The position numbers and the translations under genes are program-made. The notes under the pieces were generated by a model that saw only the letters and a list, made by a program, of their open reading frames with translations, did no database searches and was not told the origin of the DNA. From the human T2T-CHM13v2.0 reference genome, Homo sapiens, in NCBI RefSeq assembly GCF_009914755.1, contig NC_060936.1: a stretch of DNA of 64,000 nt; one strand, written 5' to 3'. Positions 25,461 to 38,429 of the stretch are shown piece after piece; positions within the stretch are counted from its first letter, which is position 1; each line of letters begins with the position of its first letter.

Positions 25461-26429
25461 CAAGTTTCAAACTGCATAATCTAAGTGGAATGTGAATGAG
25501 GAAAGTTAAGAAGATGGAAGAGTAACAGAAATCAAAGAAGGAAATATCAGAATTTATATTCCCAAAAACTGAATCAGTAATATTAAGATCAGACTTGAAT
25601 AACAGCCAGAAATGCCTAAGAACAAAAAAAGTGCCAAGAATATAAGAAAATATGACAAACTCCAGATGACTATATTGTTGATGATGTATTAATGATTCAT
25701 ATATTGTTAAAGAAAAGTGTCTAACCAATTCACTATTGCTAAAAGTCAAAAGAAAATGTGTATATTCCCCCCAAAATTAAAAATTAAATAGACTTATTTC
25801 TCTCAGGTATATTAGTTGTGAAGAATATTAGATCAAGTTAATAATTCTCACATTGGTAATGATGAGGTACCAGAGTCATGGAGGGTCATTATCATGTATC
25901 AGAATATCCTAAGGATACTTCTTCAACATAGACATCTTTTGTTTCTTACTCCCTCTTCTTCCTCATCCTTACCTTCCACCTTTCACATTCTAAAGGTTAC
26001 TGTGGGAAAAGTTGCAAAGCCACCAAATTACACTGGTAAAGTTTAACTGCTAAAGTTCTGGACAGCTTGTTTTAATTTTCTAAGATTTATCTTTGTTGAT
26101 AAACTTTTTGCAAACCCAGAACTTAAAATCACATGACTCTGTCTAACTTTAAATGGAGTTCAAGGTCTGACAGATTCAGAAAGGGTTATTTTAAATTTTG
26201 TTTTGTATTTTCTATACCAGCCAATCCATGATGAGCCCAGATACTGATGACTGCCTACTTCTCACAATTGCTGTGAGCCCAGAAGAAATTGGAAATTCTT
26301 TATATAACACAGCCAAGGGAACTGAACATCTAAGAATGAAAGAGATATCTGCTGGCTGTTAACAGTCAGACTAGCCAGTAAGTAATTACTATTTCCTTGT
26401 ATTAGGCAGCATGAAATGAGCGTTGTAAA

Positions 26430-26527
26430 CTCTAATATAATTTAATTCTCAAGACAACTCTCTGAGGTCAATTGTATCATCACTGTCATTTTATCTACAG
26501 AAAACATAGGCTCCAAGAGTTAAGGTA
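26430..26527 (-). mobile_element. MIR split by the large L1 (continues at ~34232-34310)
   Basis: TTTAATTCTCAAGACAACTC...GAGTTAAGGTA / GAGTCAAGGTAAATTGCCCAGTATCAC...CTAGCAAGTGG. Confidence 0.55.
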
Positions 26528-28193
26528 GAAATCCACCCAGAGAGTGGCAGCATTACACCAGCTGGACCCAGTGATGCATCCTTGTTCCTGGCGCTTGAGC
26601 TAACTCAGCACTCTAGACCCCATGGAAAAGATGGACCAGCAAATCAGGAAGACTGCTCCTAGGACACAGAGACTCAAAGCACATGGTCCCCAGGGCCTGA
26701 AAGCCACCTGCCAGGACTGCTGTCAGCAAAGCAATCCTGTCTCCTAGAGTGGAAGGTCTGCAATCTGCCTAAGTGTACCACCCAGGGGCCAAGAACTGGC
26801 ATACCTGGGGATGCCATCTCTACTGCCTGCACCTATGTGCACCTATATATGTCACCTGAGGGCCTGAGAACTGACCTTCTCTGGTGCTACTACTGACACC
26901 TGCATCCACCAGATGGGGTCCAAAAACCAGCCACCATTGGGTTGCTGCCTTTACTGGCAGTGCCAAACAATGCTATATGGGGGCCCAAGGAATGCCACTC
27001 TCCATGCCTGCCACCACTACTGCCAGGTCCAACATGCACCTCTTAAAGGCCTACGGACTGTCCCACTTGGGGCCTGCTACCACCACTGTTGGCACCCATG
27101 TAAAAGTGATATTTCTAATTCTCAGAACCTGACTGGGGCCCACTACCATCACTGTTGGCATATAGGCACACAACCCTGGACCTGAGGACTGGTCTACCTG
27201 GGTCCACATTTGGTGCCCATGTGTGTCACTTAAGGGCTGAAGATCAGTCAGTCTGTAGCGCACCACCACCACTGCCAGGAACCCCACCCAGTTTAGCAGT
27301 GGGACAACTGCATATCTGTGCTCACTGCCGAGGAGCCTGGAGACTGGCCCACCAGGTGTCTATTGCTGCTATTGCCGTGCTTGTGTGCACTCCCAAAGGG
27401 CCTAAGGACTAGCTCACCTAGTGTCCTTATCACCAACAAAGACTCACAACAGTTTTCACAACCACAGCCAAAGCTGCTAAGGAAATTGCAGACACCACTA
27501 ACATTGATTTACAACCAAATAAATCATACAGAAACTATAATACTTCACCCACTGAGAATTAAAGCCAAAGCACCTTATCCACCTGACACTAAAGATGCAT
27601 TTATAGGAGAAAGTCTTTCTCTATGAAAGCTATTCCATATAATTGAAAGAAGCCACCATTATACCAGATTCATAGCTATCAATGTAGGGACATGAGAAAC
27701 ACAAAAAGAAGATAGCATCTCCAAAGGAACCCAAAATTCTCTGTTAACGCCTCAATGAAAAGGAGATCTATCAAATGCTTTAAAAAGAATTCAAAATAAT
27801 GATTTTGTTAAAACCCAGCAAGTTATGAGAACAAAGATGGATGATACAAATTTTTGAAAAACTATTCATTATGTGAGTAAAAAATTTAATAAAAAGATAT
27901 ACAATGTCAAAAAAGAAACAAACAGAAATCCTGGAACTTGAGAATTCAAAAAATGAAATAAAATACAATTGAGAGCTTCAACAATATATTAGATAAGGCA
28001 GAAAAAATCCTGAACTTGAAGACAGATCTTTTGAAACAATCCAGTTCAGACCAAAAAAGAAAAAAAAAGAAGAAGAATAAAATAATTGAAGAAAGCCTAT
28101 ATGACTTATAGGATACAATGAAGCAAACAGACATTTGCAATTTTGGAGTTCCACAGGAGAAGAGATGGAAAAAGCCATAGAAAACCTATTTAA

Positions 28194-28703
28194 CCCTTTT
28201 TCTGTTTGCCCTGAGAATACTTGCTGGTGGTTATTGTGGCTCCAGCATTTACCCTGAGATAACTGCCATGAAATATCTTGCTTTTATTATTATTTTTGTA
28301 TTTCCCTAGCATTGTTTTGGAAACAAAAGACATCATTATACTTACAGCATTCTGTTTTCAGTAGTGGTATTTCCAGTTACAAAATATAGTAATTCTCAAT
28401 TCTTAAAAATGTGAAATCCTAGAAAACGTAGCATTCCTATGTGATCTTAACATCATTCTCAAACACTTGTTGGCTGAAGATTCACTTAATAAATCTGAGT
28501 TTTTCCAAAATAGGTAATTCTGATGATTCAGATGATTCTGATGTTAGTTCTGTTTAGAAATAACTCCAAGAACAGTTTTTTATATTTTATTTGTACATTG
28601 AAAATCAGTCATATTTGCTTCAGCCTCAAAGAGCATGTTTATGCAAAATTAAATGAGCACTAGCAGTGAGCTGCACTATTTTTTTTTCTAAACAGGAGAA
28701 ATG
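28194..28703. mobile_element. MER75 piggyBac-family non-autonomous DNA transposon
   Basis: TTAA|CCCTTTTTCTGTTTGCCCTGAGAATAC ... CTAAACAGGAGAAATG|TTAA; TTAA at both ends; L1 ORF1 reads through when it is removed. Confidence 0.88.
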
Positions 28704-29554
28704 TTAACAAAATAATAGCTGGAAACTTCCCAAGTCAGGGAGAGAAATAGAAATTCAGATACAGAAAGCTCAAATATACCCAAACAAATTGAACCCCCAA
28801 AAGGTTCTTTCCAAGATGCATTACAGCCAAACTGTTAAAAGTTGAAGACAAAGAGAGAATTGTAAAAAAAGAAGAGTATCAAGGTATCAAGTCATAAATA
28901 AGAGAATCCCCATTGGAGTAACAGCAGATTTTTCAGCAGAAACCATATAGGCCAGAAGATAATGAGATAACATATGTTAGCTACTGAATTTTTAAAAAAG
29001 CTGTTGGTAATGAATACAATACCCAGCAAAGCTATTCTTCAGAGACAAAGGAGAAATAAAGTCTTCTCTAGACAAGCAAAAATTGAGATAATTCATCGCA
29101 ATTGGATTGGCCCTCCAAGAAAAGTTTAATAGAGTTCTGCATTTGGAATGCAAAAGATGATATTTACCATCATGAAAACACAAAAATATAAAACTGACTG
29201 AAGAGTAAATACACAAATGAGAAATAGAATGGAACCAAGCCATTGTATTTCGCTACAGAACACCACCAAATCACAAATATGTACAATAAGAGAGAAATAA
29301 AGTAACAAAGAATATACAAAACAATTAACAAAATTATAGGATTAAGACATTATTGATAACAACCTGGAATATAAACAGATTCAACTTTCCAATTAAAAGA
29401 TATAGAGTAATGGAATGAATTTTTTACAAAAGACTTAACTATATGCTTCCTAGGAGAACTTTACCTATAAAGACACACATATACTGAACGTGAAGAATTT
29501 AAAAAAGCAACCTATGTACATGAAAACTAAAGGCATGCAGGAGCAGACTTAAAA

Positions 29555-29825
29555 ACACTCATAATCTCAGCACTTAGGGAGGCAAAGATGGGCAGATCAC
29601 TTGAACCCAGGAGTTCAAGACCAGCCTGGGCAACATGGTAAAAACCTGTCTCTACAAAAAATACAAAAAATAGTGGGGTGTGGTGGCATGCACCCGTAGT
29701 CCCAGCTACTTGGGAGGCTAAAGCAGGAGAATTGAGGCTGCAGTGAGCCATGATTGCACCACTACAGTCCAGCCTACGTGACAGAATGAAGCCGTGTCTC
29801 AAAAAAAGAAATAAAGAAACAAAGA
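29555..29825 (+). mobile_element. AluJ (small deletions) inside L1 ORF2
   Basis: CACTTGAACCCAGGAGTTCAAGACCAGCCTGGGCAAC; GAGGCTGCAGTGAGCCATGATTG. Confidence 0.85.
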
Positions 29826-30345
29826 AAGTCACTAATGATGAAAGGATCAATTCAGCAAGGTGATATAACAACTGTGAGTATATATGCACCCAACCCTCAA
29901 GCATCCAGATTATATAAAACAAATATTATTCAGACTAATGAGAGAGATATACTCTAATACAATAATAGTTAGTGATTTCAACACCCTACTTTTAGGACTG
30001 AAAAAATTATATATGCAAAAAATAAAACAAAAACATAGGACTTAAACTGCACTATAGACCAAAAGAACCTGAAGGACATTTAAAGAGCATTTCATCCAAC
30101 AGCTACGGAATACACATTCTTTTCATCAGCACATGGAACATTCTCCAACATAGACCATATGTATGACACAGAACAAGTCTCAATACATTTTTTAAAAATC
30201 AAAAGCACATCAAGTACTTTCTCATACTACAATGAAATAAAACTGTAAATCAATAAAAGAGTAACTTTGGAAACTGTACAAATACATGGAAATTAAACAA
30301 CATGCTTTTGAACAATGACTGAGTTAATTTTAAAAACTAAGAAGA

Positions 30346-30648
<303 letters not shown>

Positions 30649-31055
30649 CTAAGAAGAGGATCAGTTTTTTAAAGCGAATTAAAATAGAAACCCAACATAC
30701 CAAATATATAGGATACAGCAAAGCAGTGCTAAAGGGTAAATTTATAGCAATAAATACCTACAACAAAAAGTAGAAAGATTTCAAATCAGCAACTCAGTGA
30801 TGAACCTTAACAACTAGAAAAGTAAAAACAAACCAAACTCAAAATTAGTAGAAGAAAAGAAATAATAAATATCAGAACAGAACTAAATGAAATAGAGACA
30901 AATAAAATAAACAAAAATGTTATTTTTTTTGAAAAAGTAAAAATTGACAAACCATTACCTAAACTAAGAAGTAAAGAAGGAAGACCCAAATAAATAAAAT
31001 CAGAAAGAAAATGAGACATAAAAATTGATACCACAGAAATACAAACGATCATTAG

Positions 31056-31437
31056 TAATATGGTTTTGATTTGTGTCCACATCCAAATCTTGTGTTGAAT
31101 TATAGTTCCCGGTTTTGGATGTGAGGCCTGGAAAGAGCTGATTGAATCATGGGGGCAGATTTCCCCCTTGCTGTTCTCATAATTGTGGGTGAGTTATCAG
31201 GAGATCTGGTTGTTTAAAAACATGTTGCATCTCCCTCCTTTCTGTCTTCCTTCCTCCTTGGCCATGTGATACATGCCTGCTTCCCCTTCATCTTCTGTCA
31301 TGATTGAAAGTTTCTGGAGTCCTCCCTAGCCATGTTACCTGTGCAACCTGTGGAACTGTGAGTCAATTAAACATTTTTTCTTTAAAAATTACCCAGTCTC
31401 AGGTATGTTTTTAACAGTACAAGAATGGACTAATACA
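31056..31437 (+). mobile_element. MaLR solo LTR, MSTA-like
   Basis: ATATGGTTT...GAACTGTGAGTCAATTAAAC...GGACTAATACA; 5-bp TSD ATTAG / GTTAG. Confidence 0.85.
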
Positions 31438-34400
31438 GTTAGTGACTATTATGAACAGCAATACACCAACTAATTTGAAAACCTAGAAGAAATGAACAAA
31501 TTCCTGGACACAAATAACCTGCTATAATTGAACAAGAAATTGAAAACTAGAAGAGAATAATAAGGAGTAACAAGATTGAATAAGTAATAAAAACCTTCCA
31601 ACAAAGTGCTGAATTCTACCAAACTCTTAAATAAGAACTAGTAAGAATTCAAACTCTTCCAGATATTAAATAAAATATAATTCTTCTTGTCATTCTACTA
31701 GTCCAACATTACCCTGATCCAAAATCAGAAAAGGACTCACACACGCACACAAAAAACAGAAACTTCAGGCAAATATCCTTAATGAACATAGATAAAAAAT
31801 TCTCAACAAAATACTAGCAAACCAAACTCAACATCACATCAAAAAGATTATACATCATGATCAAGTGGGATTTATCCAAATGATGCAAGGATGGTTCAAT
31901 ACATACTAATCAATAACTGAAAAACAGAATGATGGGCAAAAACCATATAACCATATCAATGGTTATACAACAATCATTTGATAAAATACAACAGCCCTTT
32001 ATGATAAAAACTCTCAACAAGTTAGGTGTACAGGGAACATACCTAAACACAATAAAAGCCACATATGAAAAACACATAGCTAACATCCATACTTAATGAG
32101 GAAATGAAACCTTCAAATTACCCCTCTTGGCAAATACATTATCTTATATATAGAAAAACCTAAAGACTCTACGGACAAAGGCTTAGAACTGATAAACAAG
32201 TGTAATACAGTTGCAGGATACAAATTCAGTATAAAAATCAGCATTTCTACATAGCAATAACAACCTAGCTGTAAAAGAAATCAACAAATTAATTCCATTT
32301 TCAATAGCCACCAAAAATATACCTAGGAATAAATACAACCAAGGAAGTAAAAGACCTGTACAATAAAAACTACAAAACACTGATGAAAAAAATTAAAGAG
32401 ACCACAAAAATAAAAAGATATCTCATACTCATGGGATTGGAAGAATTAATATTGTTAAGATGACTATATTATCCAAAGCAATCCGCAGATTCAAGATAAT
32501 CCCTAACAAAATATCAAAGATATTTTTTATAGAAATAGGAAAAGCAATCCTAAAATTTATATGAAATCACAAAAGACCAGAAATAGTCAAAGCAACAATG
32601 AGCAAAACGAAGAAAACTTGAGGCATCACACTACCTGACTTCAAAATATACTACAAAGTCATAGAAATCAAAAGAGCATGGTGTCGGTATAAATACAAAA
32701 GCATAGACCAAGGAAACAGAATAGAGAACACAGAAATAAATGCATTTATTTACAGCCAACTTATTTTTGACAGAGGCCCCAATAACACACGTTGGGAAAT
32801 GACCCCCTTTTAAAGAAATGGTGCTGGGAAAACAGAATATTCATATGTAGAAGAACAAAACTAGACCCATATTACTAACTGTATACAATAATTAATTCAA
32901 AATGGATTAAAGTTTTAAATGTAAGACCTGAACCTACAAAACTACTAAAAGAAAACATAGAGGAAATGCTTCAGGACATTGGTCCAAGCAAATATATCAT
33001 GGTTGAGACTTCAAAAGCATGAGCAACAAAAGCAGGAATAGACAAATGAGATTATATCAAAGAAGTCAAAGCTTCTGCAAAGCAAAGGAAACAATTTACA
33101 GAGTGAAGAGAAACCCTGTGGAGTGAGAGAAAATATTTGCAAACTATTTATTTGGCAAGGTATTAATAACCAGAAAAAGATAAGGAACTCAAACATCTCA
33201 ACAGCAAAAATAATAATAATAATAAAAAATAAAAAAAATAAAATCCAATTTAAAAATGGGCAGAGGATCTGAATAGACATTTCTGAAAACAGGTCATACA
33301 AATGATCAAAAGATATACGAAAAAAATGAAATATCATTAATCATTAGGAAAATGCAAATTAAACCACAATGAGATCTCATCTTACCCAGGTTTGAATGGC
33401 TATTAATAAAAAAAAAAACACAAAAAATAAGAAATACAGGTGGCAATGCAGATAAATGGAACTCTTATACATTGCTTATGAGAATGTAAATTACTACACC
33501 CATTATGGAAAAGAGTATAAATGTTTTGCAAAATCCAAAAAACACAACCACCATGCAATCTAGCCATCCCATTAATGGACATTTATCCAATCAAAAGAAA
33601 ATCTGTGTACCAAAGAGTTACCTACACTCCCATATTTATAGCAGCACTATTCACAATAGCCAAAATATGTAATCAACCAAAGTGTCAATCGATAGATGAA
33701 TTTATAAAATGTGGTATATATACACAATGGAATAATGTTTAGCCATAATATAGAATGAAATCCTGTCATTCCTGGAAAAATGGATGAGCTTGGAGGACAT
33801 TATGTAAAATGAAATGTCAGACACAGAAAGATAAATACTTTATATTTCACTGAAATGTAAGAGCTAAAAAAATTGACATCATAGAAGTAGAGAGAATTGT
33901 GGTTATTTGAGACTGAGAAGGGCAAGTGGGCAGGGGCGATAGAGAGGTATTGGTGAATAGATGCAAATTACAGCTAAATAGAAGGAATAAGTTCTAGTGT
34001 TCTATAAACACTGTAGAGTAAATATGGTTAACAATAATTTTTTGTGTATTTCCAAAAAGCTAGAAGATAGGAAGAAATCATAAATGTAAAGAAATCATAA
34101 ATGTTTGAGGTAATAGACACACTAATTACTTTGATTTGATCATTATACATTGTATATTTGTATCAAAATATCATTCTTAATCACATAAATATGGGTAATT
34201 ATTAGGTGTTAACTAAAAAAAAAAAAAATGGGAGTCAAGGTAAATTGCCCAGTATCACTGAACTAGCAAGTGGTGAACCAAGCAATTAGATTCCAAAGCC
34301 ATGACTACAATACTTTTACAATTTAAGATTTTTCTGGGGAAGTGTCTGTGAAAGAAAATAAAATATGAGAGAGAGACAGAAAAAAGAAAAAGAAGGGAGG

Positions 34401-34785
34401 GAGAGAGGGACGGAAGAAAGGGATAGTGCTATTCAAAGAATGAGAGGTAAGTCAAGATCAGATAAGTCAAAAGAAGCAAATTCATTAATGTCAGAGAATT
34501 TGGAAAAAGGAAATACAAACATCAATAAGGAAAAGTAGAAATAAATGTTAAGTGGAGCAGCTCAAAGTCTGAAAATGTTTAAGTTATAAGTAAATGAACC
34601 TAAATTACTTCTTGTCATTAAGGAATTGCTTTTCTTTAAGTGTTGAGGTTTATAGAATAATATAATTTCAGGCTTGAAAAGATAGCTTAAAGTTATCTCG
34701 CTTAACCATTTCTCTTATGCTTGAATTCCCTTTAAAGCTATTGTGTAACATCTTTGAGATTATGTTGATGCTCATAGCATGTAAT

Positions 34786-34829
34786 CTTGTGGTATACTAT
34801 TCTCTTCCTTGTGGTATACTATTCTCTTC
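34786..34829. repeat. Perfect 22-bp tandem duplication
   Basis: CTTGTGGTATACTATTCTCTTC x2. Confidence 0.95.
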
Positions 34830-35583
34830 CTCATTGCCTTTACTTCCTTCTTTCATTGCAAGACGTGAGTTCCTGGCTTTTGGTTTTCCCCTTCACCCTT
34901 ATTCCAGTTTTTATTCTTAGTGACTCATTATCTGTAGGAATATCCAGTCCAATGTTCATTTCCTTGGCTTCCTCTTTTCCTATCCAGACACTATTCTAGG
35001 ATTGTCTGAACCTAATTATTTTAAACCACTGCTTTAAAACAAACTTCTGCCAAGAATGGTCAGAGACACTATTCTGGCTAACAAGACATAAACAGAAATA
35101 TGCTAGGTCCATAAATTCTTTATTCAAAGTCCATATCTTATTTTTCTCACTTTAAAATGGTTGTCTTTTTTTGCTAAATGTGCCTTCTTACCACTCATTT
35201 ATTTTAACTCTCTCAAACCTGGCTTTAATTCCGAGTGCTACCCTAAAATAGACTTCTAAAAAAATCATCAGATTTACACTTTATCAAACTCAATAAATAT
35301 GTTTTTCATCTTTATCATACTACACCTCCATAGATACTATATATTTGATACTCAGTAGATACTATACGTTTGCTCACTACTCCCTTTTAAAAACATTCTT
35401 CTTTCTTTGATACTATTTTTTTTCCCACCCTCATTTAATGCTTCTCTTTGGTTTCTTCTCCTCTTTTCTCCTCCCTTATCTGACCATTAACTATTAGAGT
35501 ATACCAGAGATTGATCCTAGACATGCTTCTCTTCTCATTCTCCTTCTAGATAATGTTATCCAGTCCATTTTAAAAAATACTAT

Positions 35584-36381
35584 TGTATTAGTTTCCTGTG
35601 GCTGCTGTAACAAATTACTGCAAAATTAATGCTTTAAAACAGAAATTTATTTTTTCATAGTTCTGAGGGCCAGATGTCTATGATCAGTTTCACTGGGCCG
35701 AAATCAGGATTTGTGCTCCCTGTGGAGTTTCTGGGGGAGATTGTTCCTTGTCTCTGCCAGCCTCTAGTGTCAGCAGGCATTCCTTGGCTGGTGACTGCAT
35801 CACTTCAACCTTCAAGCCCTGCCTTACCAAAAACCCTTTGTTTTGTCTCATATTGTTTTCTCTTCTATGTATGTGTAAAATCTCTCTCTGCCTCCCTTTT
35901 ATAAGGATACATGTGATTTTATTAGGGCCTACATGGATAATTCAAAATAACCTCACCATCTGAAGATCTTTTAATTACATGCACAATGATGGCTGGGTGT
36001 GGTGGCTCACAGCTGTAATCCCATCACTTTGAAAAGCTGAGGCGAATTACTTGAGGTCAGAAGTTCAAGACTCACCCAGCCAACATGGCAAAACTCCGTC
36101 TCTACTAAAAATACAAAAATTAGCCAGGCATGGTGTTGCACCTATGGTCCCAGCTGCTCGGGACACTGGGGCAAGAGAATAGCTTGAACCTGGGAAGCAG
36201 AGGTTGAAGTGAGCCAAGATTGTGCCACTGCAGTCCAGGCTAGGCAAGAAAGCGAGACTCTGTTTCAAAAAGAAAAATGCAATGACATCTTTTTAAATTT
36301 TTGCTGTATATGATAACATTCTTAGGTTCCAGAGATTAGTGCATCAATATCCTTTGGGATGGACATTTTCATCCTGTCATA
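35584..36381 (-). mobile_element. MaLR solo LTR, MLT1C-like
   Basis: TGTATTAGTTTCCTGTGGCTGCTGTAACAAATTAC; GGCATTCCTTGGCTGG; TATAAGGATAC. Confidence 0.8.
35991..36277 (+). mobile_element. AluS
   Basis: Dimeric Alu inside the MLT1. Confidence 0.9.
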
Positions 36382-37180
36382 AATTGTATAAACTGTATGT
36401 AGTCCATTGACTGAAATTTATAACTCTAGTCCTTGCTACTCACTGGACAACTCATTAGAACCCTAGATTGACTTGAATATTTAATAAACCTCTCAAACTT
36501 CTGTGCAAAACAGATCTGTTTATTTCTACTATAATCTAGTTTTAAAGATTGCTCAGCTCAATACTTGGCATCAGCATGTTCCCAGAGGTTCAAGGTAAAC
36601 ACCTAGCAACCAATCTTGGTTTATTTTCCTCTTTATTGCTCTGCCTTTGTGTATTCAATCAAACAATAGCCCTGTGGATGATATTACCAGAAACTTTCTT
36701 TATTCTATTTCTTTCTTTCCTTTTCTAATACAACTGCCAGGTTCAAACCATCACTTCTTGTCATTCTGCTAAAACTACCTCTTATGTGTTCGTTTTGCTT
36801 TCACTCTCATCCCACAAAAATTCATTCTCCATAGAGCAGTCAGAATGCTCTTTTGAAGATGTAACTTGTACTTTGTCTCTCTCTTGCTTAAAACCCTTTA
36901 TATGCTAGCCTCTCTGACACTGAATATGCATTTTACTTACTGTGACTTACAAGTTCCTACATGACTCAATCTACTTGTCCATCAGCCTCCTTCTCCAACC
37001 TCATTTCATTCCTCTTTGATGCTTGAGAATGGCAGGCTTTCTCCTGCCCTGTCACTCCAGCATTTACTCATCTATATGTGTAGCAATGTCTTTCCCTAGC
37101 TCTTCATATTGCTGGCTTATTTTTATCCTCCATGGTTTAGCTTACATACCTTTGACCAACACATATAAAAAATGATTTTC

Positions 37181-37298
37181 GGCCGGGCACGGTGGCTCAT
37201 GCTTGTAATCCCAGCACTTTCGGAGGCCGAGGAGGGCAGATCACGAGGTCAGGAGATCGAGACCATCCTGATTAACACGGTGAAACCCTGTCTCTACT

Positions 37299-37336
<38 letters not shown>

Positions 37337-37499
37337 TTAGCCGGGGGTGGTGGCGGGCGCCTGTAGTCCCAGCTACTCGGGAGGCTGAGGGAGGAGAATG
37401 CCATGAACCCGGGAGGCGAGCTTGCAGTGAGCCAAGATCGTGCCACTGCCCTCCAGCCTGGGCGACACAGCAAGACTCCATCAAAAAAAAAAAAAAAAA
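37181..37499 (+). mobile_element. AluY with (CA)n expanded in the central linker
   Basis: GAGATCGAGACCATCCTG, GAGCTTGCAGTG; (AC)n at ~37302-37334; flanking AAAAA(T)GATTTTC repeats. Confidence 0.92.
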
Positions 37500-37734
37500 G
37501 ATTTTCCCCATCCTAACTGATGGGGAAAATAGTTGCTCACTATTGCATCATCAATGTATTTTCTTTATACCAGTTATTCATCTCCCTGTTCACTGTCAAA
37601 ATTCTGCTAAAATGTAAGCACAATGAGGGGAATAAATTGTCCTTTCTTTTCTATTAGCTTTCTATACCTAGAACAATATTAGGGATCTGGAGACACTGAA
37701 TACATTTTTATTAGACAGATATTTTTCTATAATG

Positions 37735-37955
37735 CAATAATGAAAGTACAGACTAAAGAGCATCATTAGTTTAAATCTTAGCTTCAGTGTTTACTTACTA
37801 TATGAGCTCTTTGAATTTTTTGTGCCTCAGTTTCTTCGTCTATTGAATGTAAACAATAATGCTGACTATCTTACGTAGCAGTTGTAAGATTTCAATTAAT
37901 GAATATTGTAAACTATTGAAGAGTCTCTGGGACACAATTAGCTTCTAACATATGA
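37735..37955 (+). mobile_element. MIR
   Basis: TGTGCCTCAGTTTCTTCGTCTATTGAATG core. Confidence 0.6.
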
Positions 37956-38293
37956 CTAAAAAAAGTGAATACATAAAAAAAAGGATTTAAATCTATGTTT
38001 GAACATTGTTACTATCTCCCTAGTTCCCAGTGAATAATAATAACATCAAGCCAACAAGAACATTGTAAATGACTTCTCAACCTTTTTGTTTATTAAATGA
38101 GAAAAAATGTATTGTTTTTATGTCATTATTTCTCACAAAGTAATTTACTTTTTATTTGGGAAAATAATGCTAAAATTTCAAATGTTCAGAGCTTTTAGTT
38201 AACTGGAACTTCATTTGTTTAAAATAGTAGTTTCACTGATCAAATAGAAGGAGCTTTATTCTTCCTTTTTTTTTTTTTTCCCACACTGCCAAG

Positions 38294-38305
38294 ATTTTGG
38301 AAGTG
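38294..38305 (+). other. Candidate 12-nt microexon (unverified)
   Basis: Poly-T tract-CCCACACTGCCAAG|ATTTTGGAAGTG|GTAAGT in non-repetitive sequence. Confidence 0.3.
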
Positions 38306-38429
38306 GTAAGTTGTGCTTTTCTTCAGTTGGGAGAAAAAGGCTCTAACAAAGCCTTAATTACCATAAAAATATTAAAATATTTTAATATTTTTATGTTATA
38401 GAGTCTTTTATTCTATTTATAGATCTCAT

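Larger units (their letters stand above)
35175..37715 (+). mobile_element. L2 (L2a-like) 3' portion, interrupted by MLT1, AluS and AluY
   Basis: CTCAAACTT, GCAGTCAGAATGCTCTTTTG, CTTAAAACCCTT, AATGTAAGCACAATGAGGG. Confidence 0.65.

Noticed and set aside
25375-25749. 124-aa hydrophobic ORF on the minus strand
   Set aside because: Complement of A-rich DNA, partly MIR; no recognisable domain or splice context
26690-27420. Spaced repeats as a possible CRISPR-like array
   Set aside because: Units are degenerate, lack identical repeats with unique spacers, and sit in an L1 5' UTR of a primate genome
29527-29922. Alu-derived ORFs (also 4391-4696, 10661-10852, 36065-36268, 37272-37511, 46748-47112)
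   Set aside because: Typical antisense-Alu translations such as LECSG and SPASAS
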